DNA from: Candidatus Nanosyncoccus sp.
GTDB lineage: Bacteria > Patescibacteriota > Saccharimonadia > Saccharimonadales > Saccharimonadaceae
Direction: 5' to 3'
Assembly: GCA_045642865.1 (NCBI GenBank)
Contig: JAZUJS010000081.1
Span: forward strand, 1-53,007
DNA length: 53,007 bases
In this document: positions 43,526 to 53,007 of the stretch, piece by piece
Layout of the letters: each line of letters begins with the position of its first letter
Numbering within the stretch: the first letter of the stretch is position 1
Translations under genes and position numbers: made by a program
The notes under the pieces: generated by a model
Told to the model about the DNA's origin: nothing
Databases searched by the model: none
The model's input: the letters and a program-made list of their open reading frames with translations, nothing else

Positions 43526-44467
43526 ATGGCAACAACAAAGCCAAAGACTACAGCCAAGAAAACGGCTGCAAAACCAAAAACTGCTGCTACAAAAAAGACA
43601 GTCAAGACAGTTAAGACCGTCAAGCCAGTCGTTGCTCCAGTTACGGAAGTTAAAAGTGTGGGCAAAAAAGGCGGAATCTTCAGTGGATTCTTCGCTAAAA
43701 AATATGATACAAACGAAAGCATTCTAACCATCTTCAAGGAACCAACCTTCTATGGTGCTCTTCTTGCAGAAGTGCTTGGCACATTGATTCTAACGCTCGT
43801 ACTTTTCTCACTTTCATTTATGCAAATGGGTGTCGCAACCGTCTCATCATACGCTTTCGCAGTTCTTGCAATCTATGTTGCTTTTGCTGGAATTTCCGGT
43901 GCACATCTTAACCCAATCGTTACTGCCGGTATGATGGCAACCCGTCGCATTTCAGTCATTCGTGGCGTTATGTACATCGTTGCACAAATCTTCGGCGCTG
44001 GCCTTGGTTGCTTAATCTTTTCTGCTTTCCATGTTGCTGGTGGAGATACTTCATATCCACTTCCAGCCATGTCAGCTACACCTGAAGGTTCATTCTGGAC
44101 ATTTACCATTATTGAACTCTTCGGCGCCATCATCTTAGGTTTCTTCTTTGCACGCTCGCTTGCTTGCAAAAAAGGCACCAGCAATTTTATCAACGGTGCA
44201 GTAATCGCAGGAAGCATTTGTGCAGCAACCTTGATTTGCTACGTAATTTCAGCTGCCTTCTTCAACATTTCTGGCAACTTCATGCTTAACCCTGCTATCG
44301 CCTTGATGGATCAAATCTTCCCACAAACCGGTGCAGATTTTGGTGCAATCTTTGGTGGTATCTGCTCAGCTCTCGCAACCTACGCAATCTTCCCAATGGT
44401 TGGTGGCGTGCTTGGCTTCTACCTATCAGATTTCATGGCATTCCTCTCTGGTGAAAAGAATGCTTAA
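43526..44467 (+). CDS. MIP/aquaporin-family channel with non-canonical motifs
   Basis: AEVLGT, ISGAHLNPIVT, IELFG, LNPAIA; Lys/Thr/Ala-rich N-tail; AAGGAGG SD. Confidence 0.9.
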   Translation: MATTKPKTTAKKTAAKPKTAATKKTVKTVKTVKPVVAPVTEVKSVGKKGGIFSGFFAKKYDTNESILTIFKEPTFYGALLAEVLGTLILTLVLFSLSFMQMGVATVSSYAFAVLAIYVAFAGISGAHLNPIVTAGMMATRRISVIRGVMYIVAQIFGAGLGCLIFSAFHVAGGDTSYPLPAMSATPEGSFWTFTIIELFGAIILGFFFARSLACKKGTSNFINGAVIAGSICAATLICYVISAAFFNISGNFMLNPAIALMDQIFPQTGADFGAIFGGICSALATYAIFPMVGGVLGFYLSDFMAFLSGEKNA

Positions 44468-44479
44468 TTATTAAGCCAC

Positions 44480-44517
44480 AAAAAATACACCATATATAAT
44501 ATATGGTGTATTTTTTT
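44480..44517. terminator. Bidirectional terminator
   Basis: AAAAATACACCATATA..TATATGGTGTATTTTT. Confidence 0.85.
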
Positions 44518-45940
44518 AGTTCTTTGGGAACAATGGAGTCTTTGGTGGTTCAATATTATCGGCGCCAAAGATTTCTGCAATCTTCGCGGTTGCAGTTGGC
44601 AAAAACGGCTTTAATAATTCGTTTGCAATAAGCATATCACGTACCATTTTACCAAGAACAAGATTCAATTTTTCGACATTACCTTGCTTGGCAAGCTCCC
44701 ATGGCTTTTCGTCATCAATATTTTTATTGATAGCTTGAACTTTTGTCCATGCATAATCAAATGCTTTACTTAGTTCGAACTTATCCATCAAAGCACAGTA
44801 TTCAGCATCATTACTGATTGATATATTGCTCTTATCAATATCAACAATATGGTTTTTGGAAACCATCGTAGCTAGGCGCTGCACTAAGTTGCCAAGATCA
44901 TTTGCAAGTTCAGTATTGTAGGCATTTTCATACTTTTCCCACGTAAAGTCACCGTCGTCAAACGTATCGACATGGCGCAAGAAATAATAACGAAAAGCAT
45001 CGACACCATGTTTTTCCAATACTTCCATTGGATCTACAACATTGCCGATTGACTTAGACATTTTTTGTCCATCACTAAGAATAAACCCATGCGAGCAAAT
45101 TACTTTTGGCAAAGGAAGACCCATGGCCAAGAGCATTGCCGGCCAAATAATTGTATGGAATCTCAAAATATCTTTTCCAACAAATTGAACTGCAGCTGGC
45201 CACCATTCGCTGATATCTTTTTCCGGATAACCTAACACGGTAATATAGTTCGAAAGAGCATCAGCCCAGACATACATCGTTTGATTTGAATCGCCAGGAA
45301 CTTCGATCCCCCATTCGAGTTGGGATTTTGGACGCGAGAATGACACATCCGGAGATTCTTCGAGTAGGCGTAATACTTCTTTCTTGCGAAATTCCGGCAA
45401 GATAGTCATCTCGCCGCTTTCTATTTTTTCACGAATCTGATCTTTAAAATCGGAAATGCGGAAATAATAATTTTCCTCCTCAAGTTCTTCATATGGTTTT
45501 TGATGGTCTGGACAAACACCGTGGTTCTCTTCATATTCTTTTGACGTAACGTAGCGTTCACAGCCAGTACAATACCAACCAGCATATTTTGCTAGATAAA
45601 TATGGTCTGAAATTTTCTTCCAGATTTCTTGACAATTCTTCATGTGAACTGGATCGGTCGTGCGAATAAAATCAGTATTCTTTACGTCCAACTTTTTGAT
45701 AAATTCTTGGAATTTGGCAGTATTGCCATCAACGTATTCCTGAACCGGAATATTATTCGCAGCCGCCTTTTGAGCAATTTTGTTGCCATGTTCATCGGTC
45801 CCGGCCTGCAATCTTACCTCGTCCCCCATAAGCGTACGGTAGCGTGCGTACGTATCAGAAATAGTATAATCCATAGCGTGACCAATGTGCGGCGCGCCAT
45901 TTACGTATGGAATTGCTGTAGTAAGATATATCTTTGACAT
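44516..45940 (-). CDS. metG: Methionyl-tRNA synthetase (short form)
   Basis: TTAIPYVNGAPHIGH, GTDEHG, CTGC..CPDH, KMSKS; start reassigned to ATG 45940, 7 nt after TATAAT. Confidence 0.97.
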   Translation of the reverse strand: MSKIYLTTAIPYVNGAPHIGHAMDYTISDTYARYRTLMGDEVRLQAGTDEHGNKIAQKAAANNIPVQEYVDGNTAKFQEFIKKLDVKNTDFIRTTDPVHMKNCQEIWKKISDHIYLAKYAGWYCTGCERYVTSKEYEENHGVCPDHQKPYEELEEENYYFRISDFKDQIREKIESGEMTILPEFRKKEVLRLLEESPDVSFSRPKSQLEWGIEVPGDSNQTMYVWADALSNYITVLGYPEKDISEWWPAAVQFVGKDILRFHTIIWPAMLLAMGLPLPKVICSHGFILSDGQKMSKSIGNVVDPMEVLEKHGVDAFRYYFLRHVDTFDDGDFTWEKYENAYNTELANDLGNLVQRLATMVSKNHIVDIDKSNISISNDAEYCALMDKFELSKAFDYAWTKVQAINKNIDDEKPWELAKQGNVEKLNLVLGKMVRDMLIANELLKPFLPTATAKIAEIFGADNIEPPKTPLFPKN

Positions 45941-45976
45941 ATTATGTATTATACAATTTTTTGATTCAACTTGCAA

Positions 45977-46011
45977 CAAAAAGTCCCCTTTTGTTGATGT
46001 GGGGACTTTTT
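45977..46011 (-). terminator. Intrinsic terminator
   Basis: AAAAAGTCCCC/GGGGACTTTTT. Confidence 0.8.
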
Positions 46012-46024
46012 GCAATGATTATTA

Positions 46025-47134
46025 TTATTCTACCGTACAAACGTAATCGTTGTCTTCGTATGAATTTTGGAAATCGTCAATAGACATTTTGTCTTCGTCA
46101 TATTCGAATTCGTAATTCAACGAATTACTACTGTCAACATCATCACTAGTTGCATCATATGAAATGCTTAGGATACCATCACTAATAACATAGGACGTAT
46201 TTGGCGTTTCATCGCCCAGTAATTGCATTGAAAGCGCGTCGATAACCGATTCTTTTTCGCTTGTAGCTAGTGTGTTGTCACTATATTCAAGGCGAATAGT
46301 GCGTTTGTAGCCGGATGGAAAATCATTTTCAAAATCAATCTCGACTACATTCGTGCCGTTATCTGCGCTTGAATTTAAGTCCATCAAATCGAGCATATCA
46401 AGCTCGCGTTGGCAGCTTAATGTAGTTATTTCTGAGACTGGAGTAACAATTGGTTCTGGTGATGAAGTTTCAGTTTTAGATTTACCACTATTAATTGCAA
46501 AAACCGCAACAAATATAGCCGAAATAAGTAGAATTGCACCGAGCGCAATAATCAATAGTTGTGTCGTCTTTGACATTGCTTTTTTAGGGGCGTTTGGATC
46601 CTTGAGGGAAGAAAGTTGGTTCGTTGTCGGCATATTTCCGAATGCAACATTGTTTGGAGAAGAAATATCTTGCATACTTGAAGGCAAAGAGAATGCACTG
46701 CCGATTGAACCAGGCACTGGTTCTGCTGCTTTGATTGGGGATTTGAGCTCTTCTTCAATTGGGTCTGGCTCTGGAATTGGTTCTGGCTGAGTTAGTGGTT
46801 CAGTAGCACCAAATCCACTAGCATTAAGTGGAGCACCAAACGGTGCTGGTTGACCGGCTTGAGCTGGGGTAGTGTTTTCGAAAGCGCTAGCAAATGACAT
46901 AGTCGCTTCTGGAGCAGCTTCCATAACAGGTTTTCGTAGTGGTTCTGGGGTAGGAATTGGCGGCATCGGAAGAACTGGTGCTGGCGCTACAGGAGCTGGC
47001 GCTGGGGTCGCTGGTGCTGGGGCGCCTGTAACTGGCATTTTTGGCATACCGCCAGTAGCCGGTACTGGTGTCGGTTTGATTGGTGAGCCATTGGTTGGGC
47101 TCGTCGGTTTCATATTACTTAATAATGGATCCAT
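46025..47134 (-). CDS. Pro-rich single-pass membrane protein with acidic extracellular domain
   Basis: Pro-rich N-terminal region of about 185 aa, one TM, C-terminal domain bounded by a Cys pair (LSC...YVC). Confidence 0.7.
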   Translation of the reverse strand: MDPLLSNMKPTSPTNGSPIKPTPVPATGGMPKMPVTGAPAPATPAPAPVAPAPVLPMPPIPTPEPLRKPVMEAAPEATMSFASAFENTTPAQAGQPAPFGAPLNASGFGATEPLTQPEPIPEPDPIEEELKSPIKAAEPVPGSIGSAFSLPSSMQDISSPNNVAFGNMPTTNQLSSLKDPNAPKKAMSKTTQLLIIALGAILLISAIFVAVFAINSGKSKTETSSPEPIVTPVSEITTLSCQRELDMLDLMDLNSSADNGTNVVEIDFENDFPSGYKRTIRLEYSDNTLATSEKESVIDALSMQLLGDETPNTSYVISDGILSISYDATSDDVDSSNSLNYEFEYDEDKMSIDDFQNSYEDNDYVCTVE

Positions 47135-47195
47135 TTTATTCCCTTTTTAGCTTTTAGCTATATATTCTCTCTTAAATTTACTACTTATGCTTTTT

Positions 47196-48128
47196 CTAGT
47201 CAAGTTTTGGGCACCCTCTGCTTTTGAGTGATTTAATTTCCGCTCTGAGTGCCTGAATCGACTTTTCAAGCTTCATACCTTCAACTTCCGAAATCTTTAG
47301 ATCTATTTGCCGGATGACGCCACGTCGCCCAATAATAGTTGGTGAGCCATAGAATACGCCTTCGTACTCATGATAACTAGAAATTGGTAAAATTCTTTTT
47401 TCATCATTCAAGATGCAGTTAACAATATCTACGACACAGGTACTAATGCCATAGTAGGTTGCGCCTTTCTGTTCAATAATTTCATACACTTCATTAATAA
47501 TGTACTTTTCGATTTCTGCTAGTTCTTTTTGCCGTAAGAGATTACCGATTGGTTGTCCACTCAGATTTGCTAGTGACCATACGGAGAAGCCAGAATCACC
47601 ATGCTCTCCCATTTGGAAGGCGCTGATTGATTTTGGATTAACGTCGATATATTCAGATATTCTTTTGCGAAGTCTGGCTGTTTCCAGCATGGTGCCAGTG
47701 CTAATAATTTTTTCTGGCGGCAGACCTGAGAACTTCCAAGCGAGATACGCCATCGTGTCGACTGGGTTGGTGACCATAATAATAATCCCCTTAAACCCGG
47801 AGTCCATAATCTGATCAATCATGCCCTTCAAGATATTCGCATTGCGCCCCAGAAGATTATTTCTCGATTCATTTGGACGTTGCGCGGCGCCAGCGGAAAT
47901 AATTACGATATCACAATCCTTGGCATCTTTATAGGTGCCACTACGAATTTTGAGATGACTTGGTGCTGAAACTAGAGCATCAGAAAGGTCTTTAGCTTCA
48001 CCGTCAGCATCCTTCGCAATGATGTCGGTCAAAATAATTTCCCTAACCGCCGTACGCTGATTTAAGATCGCAAAAGCAATCGAAGCGCCGACATTGCCAG
48101 TACCAACAATCATTACTTTATTTGTCAT
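47196..48128 (-). CDS. ldh: L-lactate dehydrogenase
   Basis: GTGNVG, AGAAQRP.ESR (Gln specificity residue), TNPVD, GEHGDS, KGATYYGI. Confidence 0.88.
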   Translation of the reverse strand: MTNKVMIVGTGNVGASIAFAILNQRTAVREIILTDIIAKDADGEAKDLSDALVSAPSHLKIRSGTYKDAKDCDIVIISAGAAQRPNESRNNLLGRNANILKGMIDQIMDSGFKGIIIMVTNPVDTMAYLAWKFSGLPPEKIISTGTMLETARLRKRISEYIDVNPKSISAFQMGEHGDSGFSVWSLANLSGQPIGNLLRQKELAEIEKYIINEVYEIIEQKGATYYGISTCVVDIVNCILNDEKRILPISSYHEYEGVFYGSPTIIGRRGVIRQIDLKISEVEGMKLEKSIQALRAEIKSLKSRGCPKLD

Positions 48129-48164
48129 GACCCACCTTTCTTTATATTTATTTTAGCATAAGTT

Positions 48165-49529
48165 TTATAAATAGTCACCATCATTTAGTGATTCGAAATA
48201 AAGTCTAAGTTCTTCTTTGATAAAATCATCGGTGACTTTTTCGAGTTCAGCCAAAAAAGCTGGAGCCTGACGCTCAAGACGCGTCTTGCGATATGCTTGC
48301 CATTTCTTTGCTTCATCCTCCGTGAGGGAACGCGGATAATTTTTGGCTTTGTAATGAAGAAGTAATTCTGGCAACCTTTCATCGGTAAAGTCTGGATGAA
48401 AATCGACAAGTTGATTCTCAGTTGCATTTCGAACCGCATTGCATTTATTACGATCGTAGTTATCAATGAAGCCATCATATAGTGCCGATTCTGGATCGAT
48501 GGCCGGTGGAAATTCCGACTTCGATTCGATTAATGCGCGTTGCTGCTCAGCAAATTCAGGGTGACTAAGCAAGGATGTTAAATTCTTATCAATAGTCTCT
48601 TTTGATATTTTAATCTTGCCCCAACCATCATTTTTCTCCAATACACCCAGTGGCGCTATTGCAGGACACTTATTAAAACATAGTTCCTTAACAATCGGGA
48701 AGAATGTTGGATGTTCTTTTTTATTGTCATCGTTTAATAAATCATCAAGATTATAGCGCAAATCATATACAAGAATATTGCCATTACGACTTGAAGTGAG
48801 CGGGAAGGCGACTGTGGTTTTTTCGAATTCGGATGAGTAGCGACCTGAAGAATAAACAAATGGCTGCTTTGATTCGAGATTTACAATACGCTTAATTTCG
48901 TTTTTTGAACGTAATTTGAAAAGATAGTTAAATAGGTCCGGCTGTTTTTCTTTAATGAGGCGCGCCACATCGATTGATGCCTGAACATCTGCTTCTGCAT
49001 CATGGGCGTGTTCGTGTGAGATATGATTTAGCTTCGTGATGAGTTCGAGGCGGTTCGTTGCACGACCATCTTCGGTAAATGGCCAATTAATCCCTTCTGG
49101 GCGCAAGGCGCGCGTCATGCGAACGACATCTAGCAAGTCCCAACGGCTGCGACCATCTTTCCATTCAAATTCATACGGATCATAAAAGTTGCGCCAAAAT
49201 AGATGCCTCATGAATTCATCATCAAAACGCACAGTATTATATCCAACCGCTATTGTATTTGGCGTAAAAATTTCTTCGGTGACCATTTTGGCAAATTCAG
49301 CTTCAGAAATACCATCGGTGAGAGTTTTTTGCGGAGTAATTTTTGTCACCATAATAGCACTAGGGCTCGGCAAAGTGTCGTTATTTATTTTTACTAAAAT
49401 ATTGACCGGTCCACCAATAGGATTTAAATCCATATCGGTACGTTGACCGGCGAATTGCATAATACGGTCATCGCGCGGATTCAACCCAGATGTTTCCAAA
49501 TCATAGAAAAAGAAGGAGGGTTTATTCAT
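48165..49529 (-). CDS. sbcB: Exodeoxyribonuclease I
   Basis: FYDLETSG..P..DR..QFAGQRTD, GYN.VRFDDE, RPEGINWP, HAHDA..DV. Confidence 0.95.
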   Translation of the reverse strand: MNKPSFFFYDLETSGLNPRDDRIMQFAGQRTDMDLNPIGGPVNILVKINNDTLPSPSAIMVTKITPQKTLTDGISEAEFAKMVTEEIFTPNTIAVGYNTVRFDDEFMRHLFWRNFYDPYEFEWKDGRSRWDLLDVVRMTRALRPEGINWPFTEDGRATNRLELITKLNHISHEHAHDAEADVQASIDVARLIKEKQPDLFNYLFKLRSKNEIKRIVNLESKQPFVYSSGRYSSEFEKTTVAFPLTSSRNGNILVYDLRYNLDDLLNDDNKKEHPTFFPIVKELCFNKCPAIAPLGVLEKNDGWGKIKISKETIDKNLTSLLSHPEFAEQQRALIESKSEFPPAIDPESALYDGFIDNYDRNKCNAVRNATENQLVDFHPDFTDERLPELLLHYKAKNYPRSLTEDEAKKWQAYRKTRLERQAPAFLAELEKVTDDFIKEELRLYFESLNDGDYL

Positions 49530-49530
49530 T

Positions 49531-50352
49531 CTATCCTTTCAGATATTTAATAATTTCCATAGCTGCGGCAACACCATCGGCGGATGCCATAATTGCCTGT
49601 TTTGTACTACCGTCGCGCACATCACCAGCCGCAAAAACCCCTTTTAGTTTTGACATATAATTGGTTGTTTTAATCATGCCATCATCGGAAAGCAAAGCCC
49701 GATCAAGAAAATCAGTGGCAGGTTTTGTACCAATGAAGACAAAAATCGCGTCGAATGGCTTAAGTACTTCCGCATCAATAGTTGCATTCATACGTACATC
49801 GATATTCGGGCAAGCCTGAGCTTTGTTGATTATATATGGTTCCGCCTTTGCCGCGGTATGTGAAAAAAGTGTTACATTTTTTGCAATCGATGCAAGATAA
49901 AGCGATTCCTGAAAAGCAGAATTTCCACCGCCCACGACGGCAATGCTTTTGCCTTTATAGAGTGGGGCGTCACAGAGTGCGCAATACGAAACTGGTTTAT
50001 CGATGGAAAAATCCAGACGACGTGGTTCGGAGCCGGTAGCGACCAAAACGGAACGCGCTTCAAATTTTTCGTCATCAATCGTGAGTTCGATATGATTATT
50101 AATAGGTTGCAGACTAGTCAATTCACCATATTCAACAACTGCGCCCGCCGATTCTGCTTGCGATTGGAGTTGTTTTGCTAGGCCTTGGCCCGATCCGATA
50201 TAACCTGGATAATTTTCGATTTTAGCAATCTCCGTGAGTGTCCCGCCAATTTTATTTTTTTCAAAAATTTTGACATTGTAGCCTGCGCGCGCAACATAGA
50301 TTGCTGCACTAAACGCGGCTGGACCGGAACCAATGATTGCTAAGTCGAGCAT
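49531..50352 (-). CDS. trxB: Thioredoxin reductase
   Basis: GSGPA, SYCALCD, GGGNSA, GVFAAGDVR. Confidence 0.9.
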   Translation of the reverse strand: MLDLAIIGSGPAAFSAAIYVARAGYNVKIFEKNKIGGTLTEIAKIENYPGYIGSGQGLAKQLQSQAESAGAVVEYGELTSLQPINNHIELTIDDEKFEARSVLVATGSEPRRLDFSIDKPVSYCALCDAPLYKGKSIAVVGGGNSAFQESLYLASIAKNVTLFSHTAAKAEPYIINKAQACPNIDVRMNATIDAEVLKPFDAIFVFIGTKPATDFLDRALLSDDGMIKTTNYMSKLKGVFAAGDVRDGSTKQAIMASADGVAAAMEIIKYLKG

Positions 50353-51117
50353 TTATTCTTCCCCTTCTTCTACTGGCTCGCTTGGCTCAGTATTTTCTTC
50401 TGGTTCGCTTCTTGTGCCGAATAGTTCATCGTAATCAACATTAAATTTGACAGCATATTGATACTTAGTGCGAGCAAGATCGAGGTCGTCAGCCAATGTA
50501 AGCATTTCGCCTTCTTTGGCGATTGGCATAATCATGAATTTAAGTGGCTTATTGTAGCCGCCGCAAATTTCTTTAGAATCAGCGTAAGCCAATTCGCCCG
50601 GAATAGTAATTACGCGAATACCACCAAGTTGCATGCCAACCACACCAGCATTCCAGCCCTCGATCAAGCTTGAAGTTGATGAAAGAATGTTATTGAATCC
50701 AGTTGGATTGTCTGTCGAGTCAAATGTTGAGTCAAAGATCGATTCATCCGCGCACCAACCAACATAATAAGCCATATAATCAGTATCACCATCGGTAAGA
50801 ATGCGTCCGTCGCCGATTTTTAGATCTTTAGTATCAATACCAGATTCGTTTGCGGCATTTTCGTTATAGGCGGTAATTTCAGACTTAAAATTAATAAAGT
50901 CATTGAAATAACCAGCCGAAGCAGTAGTAAATTCAGCCTGTTTTTCGTTATATTCTCTTTCGTATTGTGCTTTTTTGGCACCAGAAAGACCAGATTCTTG
51001 CGGCTTCGAAAGCAAAATTGCAGTATATGATGCAATGATTGAAAATAGCATTATAACAGTAATGACAGTGATAATAATTCTCTGCTTAGCACTAGTTTTT
51101 ACTAGATTTTGTTCCAT
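50353..51117 (-). CDS. Membrane-anchored FKBP-type peptidyl-prolyl isomerase
   Basis: N-terminal TM; DLKIGDG, YVGW, FDS, LIEGWN.GV.GM..GG.R.ITIP.ELAY. Confidence 0.9.
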   Translation of the reverse strand: MEQNLVKTSAKQRIIITVITVIMLFSIIASYTAILLSKPQESGLSGAKKAQYEREYNEKQAEFTTASAGYFNDFINFKSEITAYNENAANESGIDTKDLKIGDGRILTDGDTDYMAYYVGWCADESIFDSTFDSTDNPTGFNNILSSTSSLIEGWNAGVVGMQLGGIRVITIPGELAYADSKEICGGYNKPLKFMIMPIAKEGEMLTLADDLDLARTKYQYAVKFNVDYDELFGTRSEPEENTEPSEPVEEGEE

Positions 51118-51165
51118 ATTTTAACTCCACTATTTATTTCCCTATTATTATACTACAAAAAACAA

Positions 51166-51202
51166 CAAAAAGACGACCCTTTTCTTGGGGTCGTCTTTTT
51201 TA
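51166..51202 (-). terminator. Terminator directly after rplO
   Basis: AAAAAGACGACCC/GGGTCGTCTTTTT. Confidence 0.85.
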
Positions 51203-51205
51203 TAA

Positions 51206-51670
51206 TTATTCAGCTTTTTTAGCTGGGCGCATTGGAACTTTAACTTTCTTAAAGCTTCCACCTGCCTTTTTCAAAGCCTCGACAGCCGACTTTGATGCAA
51301 ATTGTGTTTCAAGATTAATCTTTGCGGTTAATTCACCACGTGAGATAACTTTAACTTTCGTATATGGAGTCGAGATGAGGTTCTTCTCGGCGAGAGCAAA
51401 GTTGTCGACGTTGCCTGAAAGCTCATTGAGGCGATCAGTGTAAACAACTTCAGCTTTGTCGTGCAAGCTCTTGAAGCCTTTGAGCTTTGGAATTGCTTGC
51501 ATGATAGCGCGTTGACCGCCCATGAAGCCTGCAGCCATTTTGCTGTGGCCAGTACGAGCTTTTTGACCTTTAGTACCACGACCAGCGGTTTTACCTTGGC
51601 CAGCTGAGATACCACGGCCTTTGCGTGATGGGCGAGTGTTCTTTTCGACGATTAAATCATTGTATTTCAT
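51206..51670 (-). CDS. rplO: 50S ribosomal protein L15
   Basis: GRGISAGQGKTAGRGTKGQKAR, GGQ, PKLKGF. Confidence 0.97.
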   Translation of the reverse strand: MKYNDLIVEKNTRPSRKGRGISAGQGKTAGRGTKGQKARTGHSKMAAGFMGGQRAIMQAIPKLKGFKSLHDKAEVVYTDRLNELSGNVDNFALAEKNLISTPYTKVKVISRGELTAKINLETQFASKSAVEALKKAGGSFKKVKVPMRPAKKAE

Positions 51671-52293
51671 TACTTAGTCTCCTTTGCGGATTTTTTGGCA
51701 CCGGTCCATTCAGAACGTGGGACTTGTGCTTTCAAACCTTCGATAACAGCATAAGCAATGTTGACTTTGTTAGTTGAACCAAGAGACTTAGAGATGAGGT
51801 TTTTGACACCAGTAAGACCCATGATTGAACGAACAGTACCGCCAGCGATAATACCAGTACCAGGGGCGGCTGGTTTCATAAGAATATCAGCGCCAGTAAC
51901 TCTGGTTTCAACTTCATGGCAGATAGTTTCACCATCCATTGCGAAGGTAATCATTGTTCTTTTTGCTTTTGCGGTAGCTTTTGCGACAGCTGCAGTAACA
52001 TCGTTACCTTTTGCTACGCCGATACCAACTTTGTTTTTGTGGTTTCCAACAGCAACAAGTGCTTTAAAGCGCATGCGGCGGCCACCAGCAACGGTACGAG
52101 AGACACGATCAACAGCGATGGTAAGCTCATCAAATTCCTTTGGAGCAACATCGGCTTTGACGCGGTCGCGGCGGTTGCGGCGATCCATCTTTTTGCCACT
52201 AATGTCTTTGACATCTTTTTTGGCTGCGGTTTCGTCGGTCATTTTGAGGGTGCCGGCTTTATTGATAACTTTTGGGGCTTTTTCTTCAGTCAT
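51670..52293 (-). CDS. rpsE: 30S ribosomal protein S5
   Basis: RVSRTVAGGRRMRFKALV, PAAPGTGIIAGG, KSLGS.N. Confidence 0.97.
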   Translation of the reverse strand: MTEEKAPKVINKAGTLKMTDETAAKKDVKDISGKKMDRRNRRDRVKADVAPKEFDELTIAVDRVSRTVAGGRRMRFKALVAVGNHKNKVGIGVAKGNDVTAAVAKATAKAKRTMITFAMDGETICHEVETRVTGADILMKPAAPGTGIIAGGTVRSIMGLTGVKNLISKSLGSTNKVNIAYAVIEGLKAQVPRSEWTGAKKSAKETK

Positions 52294-52295
52294 GA

Positions 52296-52625
52296 TTAAA
52301 ACTCCAATCCTTCCTTGCGGGCTGCGTCAGCGAGAGCGGACATGCGACCTGCATATAATTTTGCGCCACGATCAAAGACAACTTTAGAAATTTTAGCTTT
52401 TTTGGCTTTTTCAGCAATTTGCTTACCGATTTCAGCAGCTTTTTCGGTTTTGGTACCGGTGAGCTTTTGACCAACGGTAGTAGCATAAGCTAATGTGGTT
52501 TTCTTATCATCATCGATGATTTGTGCAGTGATGTGAAGATTTGAGAAGTTAACGCTCAAACGTGGGCGTTCTGCAGTACCGTGAATCTTCGCACGAGTAC
52601 GATTTGCTCTAAATTCAGCTTTCAT
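52296..52625 (-). CDS. rplR: 50S ribosomal protein L18
   Basis: GTAERPRLSV, AQIIDD, VVFDRG..LY.GR..ALADAARKEGLEF. Confidence 0.97.
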   Translation of the reverse strand: MKAEFRANRTRAKIHGTAERPRLSVNFSNLHITAQIIDDDKKTTLAYATTVGQKLTGTKTEKAAEIGKQIAEKAKKAKISKVVFDRGAKLYAGRMSALADAARKEGLEF

Positions 52626-53007
52626 TACTTCTTACCTGCCTTTCCAGCCTTGCGGATGAGAACTTCATCAATATATTTAATACCTTTACCCTTGTATGGT
52701 TCAGGTTTCTTGAGGCTGCGGATTTCAGCTGCAACTTGGCCGACTTTTTGTTTGTCGATGCCAGAAACGGTGATTTCCATTTTATTAGTGGTGAGTTCAA
52801 TGCCTTCTGGGGCTTCGTATTTCACTGGATGTGAAAAACCAAGTGCCATTTCAATTGACTTGCCACCGCCTGATAGACGGAAGCCGACACCATTAATTTC
52901 TAGTTTCTTCTCGAAGCCTTTGGTAACGCCTTGAACAGCATTGTTGAGCAATGCGCGTTGCAAACCGTGCCAAGCACGAGATTTTGGTTCATCATCCTTG
53001 CGGGTGA
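52625..53007 (-). CDS. rplF: 50S ribosomal protein L6, 3' part (starts outside window)
   Basis: [46 protein letters not shown]. Confidence 0.97.
   Translation of the reverse strand, partial: TRKDDEPKSRAWHGLQRALLNNAVQGVTKGFEKKLEINGVGFRLSGGGKSIEMALGFSHPVKYEAPEGIELTTNKMEITVSGIDKQKVGQVAAEIRSLKKPEPYKGKGIKYIDEVLIRKAGKAGKK

Noticed and set aside
51660-51680. Missing rpmD (L30) as a novelty
   Set aside because: Real (rpsE stop overlaps rplO start) but an established CPR trait; used only as a taxonomic clue.

Overview
Chromosomal window from a reduced-genome bacterium. It is most consistent with Candidatus Saccharibacteria (TM7, CPR/Patescibacteria), by inference from: no L30 between S5 and L15, Cys-free L36/L32, a class F sortase and divergent RNA polymerase subunits. 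Genetic code 11 is used. Most genes lie on the minus strand. They include the end of the spc operon (rplF-rplR-rpsE-rplO), detached from secY-sortase-infA-rpmJ-rpsM-rpsK-rpsD-rpoA about 47 kb away. Also present are rpoBC, rpsP/khpA, rpmF-nusB-NUDIX-rnc, leuS, pheST, metG, ftsEX with a CHAP hydrolase, an ABC-2 exporter, ctpA, ldh, sbcB, trxB, an FKBP and a stand-alone tRNA-Ala/tRNA-Ile pair. Accessory patches lie at about 4.6-10.6 kb (giant secreted repeat protein with a duplicated 3' end, PT-repeat lipoprotein), about 18.0-21.1 kb, and about 26.9-27.2 kb (small peptide unit with a duplicated C-terminus). The 18-21 kb island has orphan genes, an ORF-less promoter-terminator unit, two identical 36-bp repeats each fused to a sigma70 promoter, a long structured leader and a decapitated vanZ gene. 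Other notable signals: a beta' subunit lacking both zinc sites and carrying an altered trigger loop, at least 13 apparently leaderless genes, structured 5' leaders on rpoB and rpmJ, and an A19-U56 swap in tRNA-Ala. No integrase, transposase, reverse transcriptase or CRISPR array was seen. All calls are by eye; no database searches were run.
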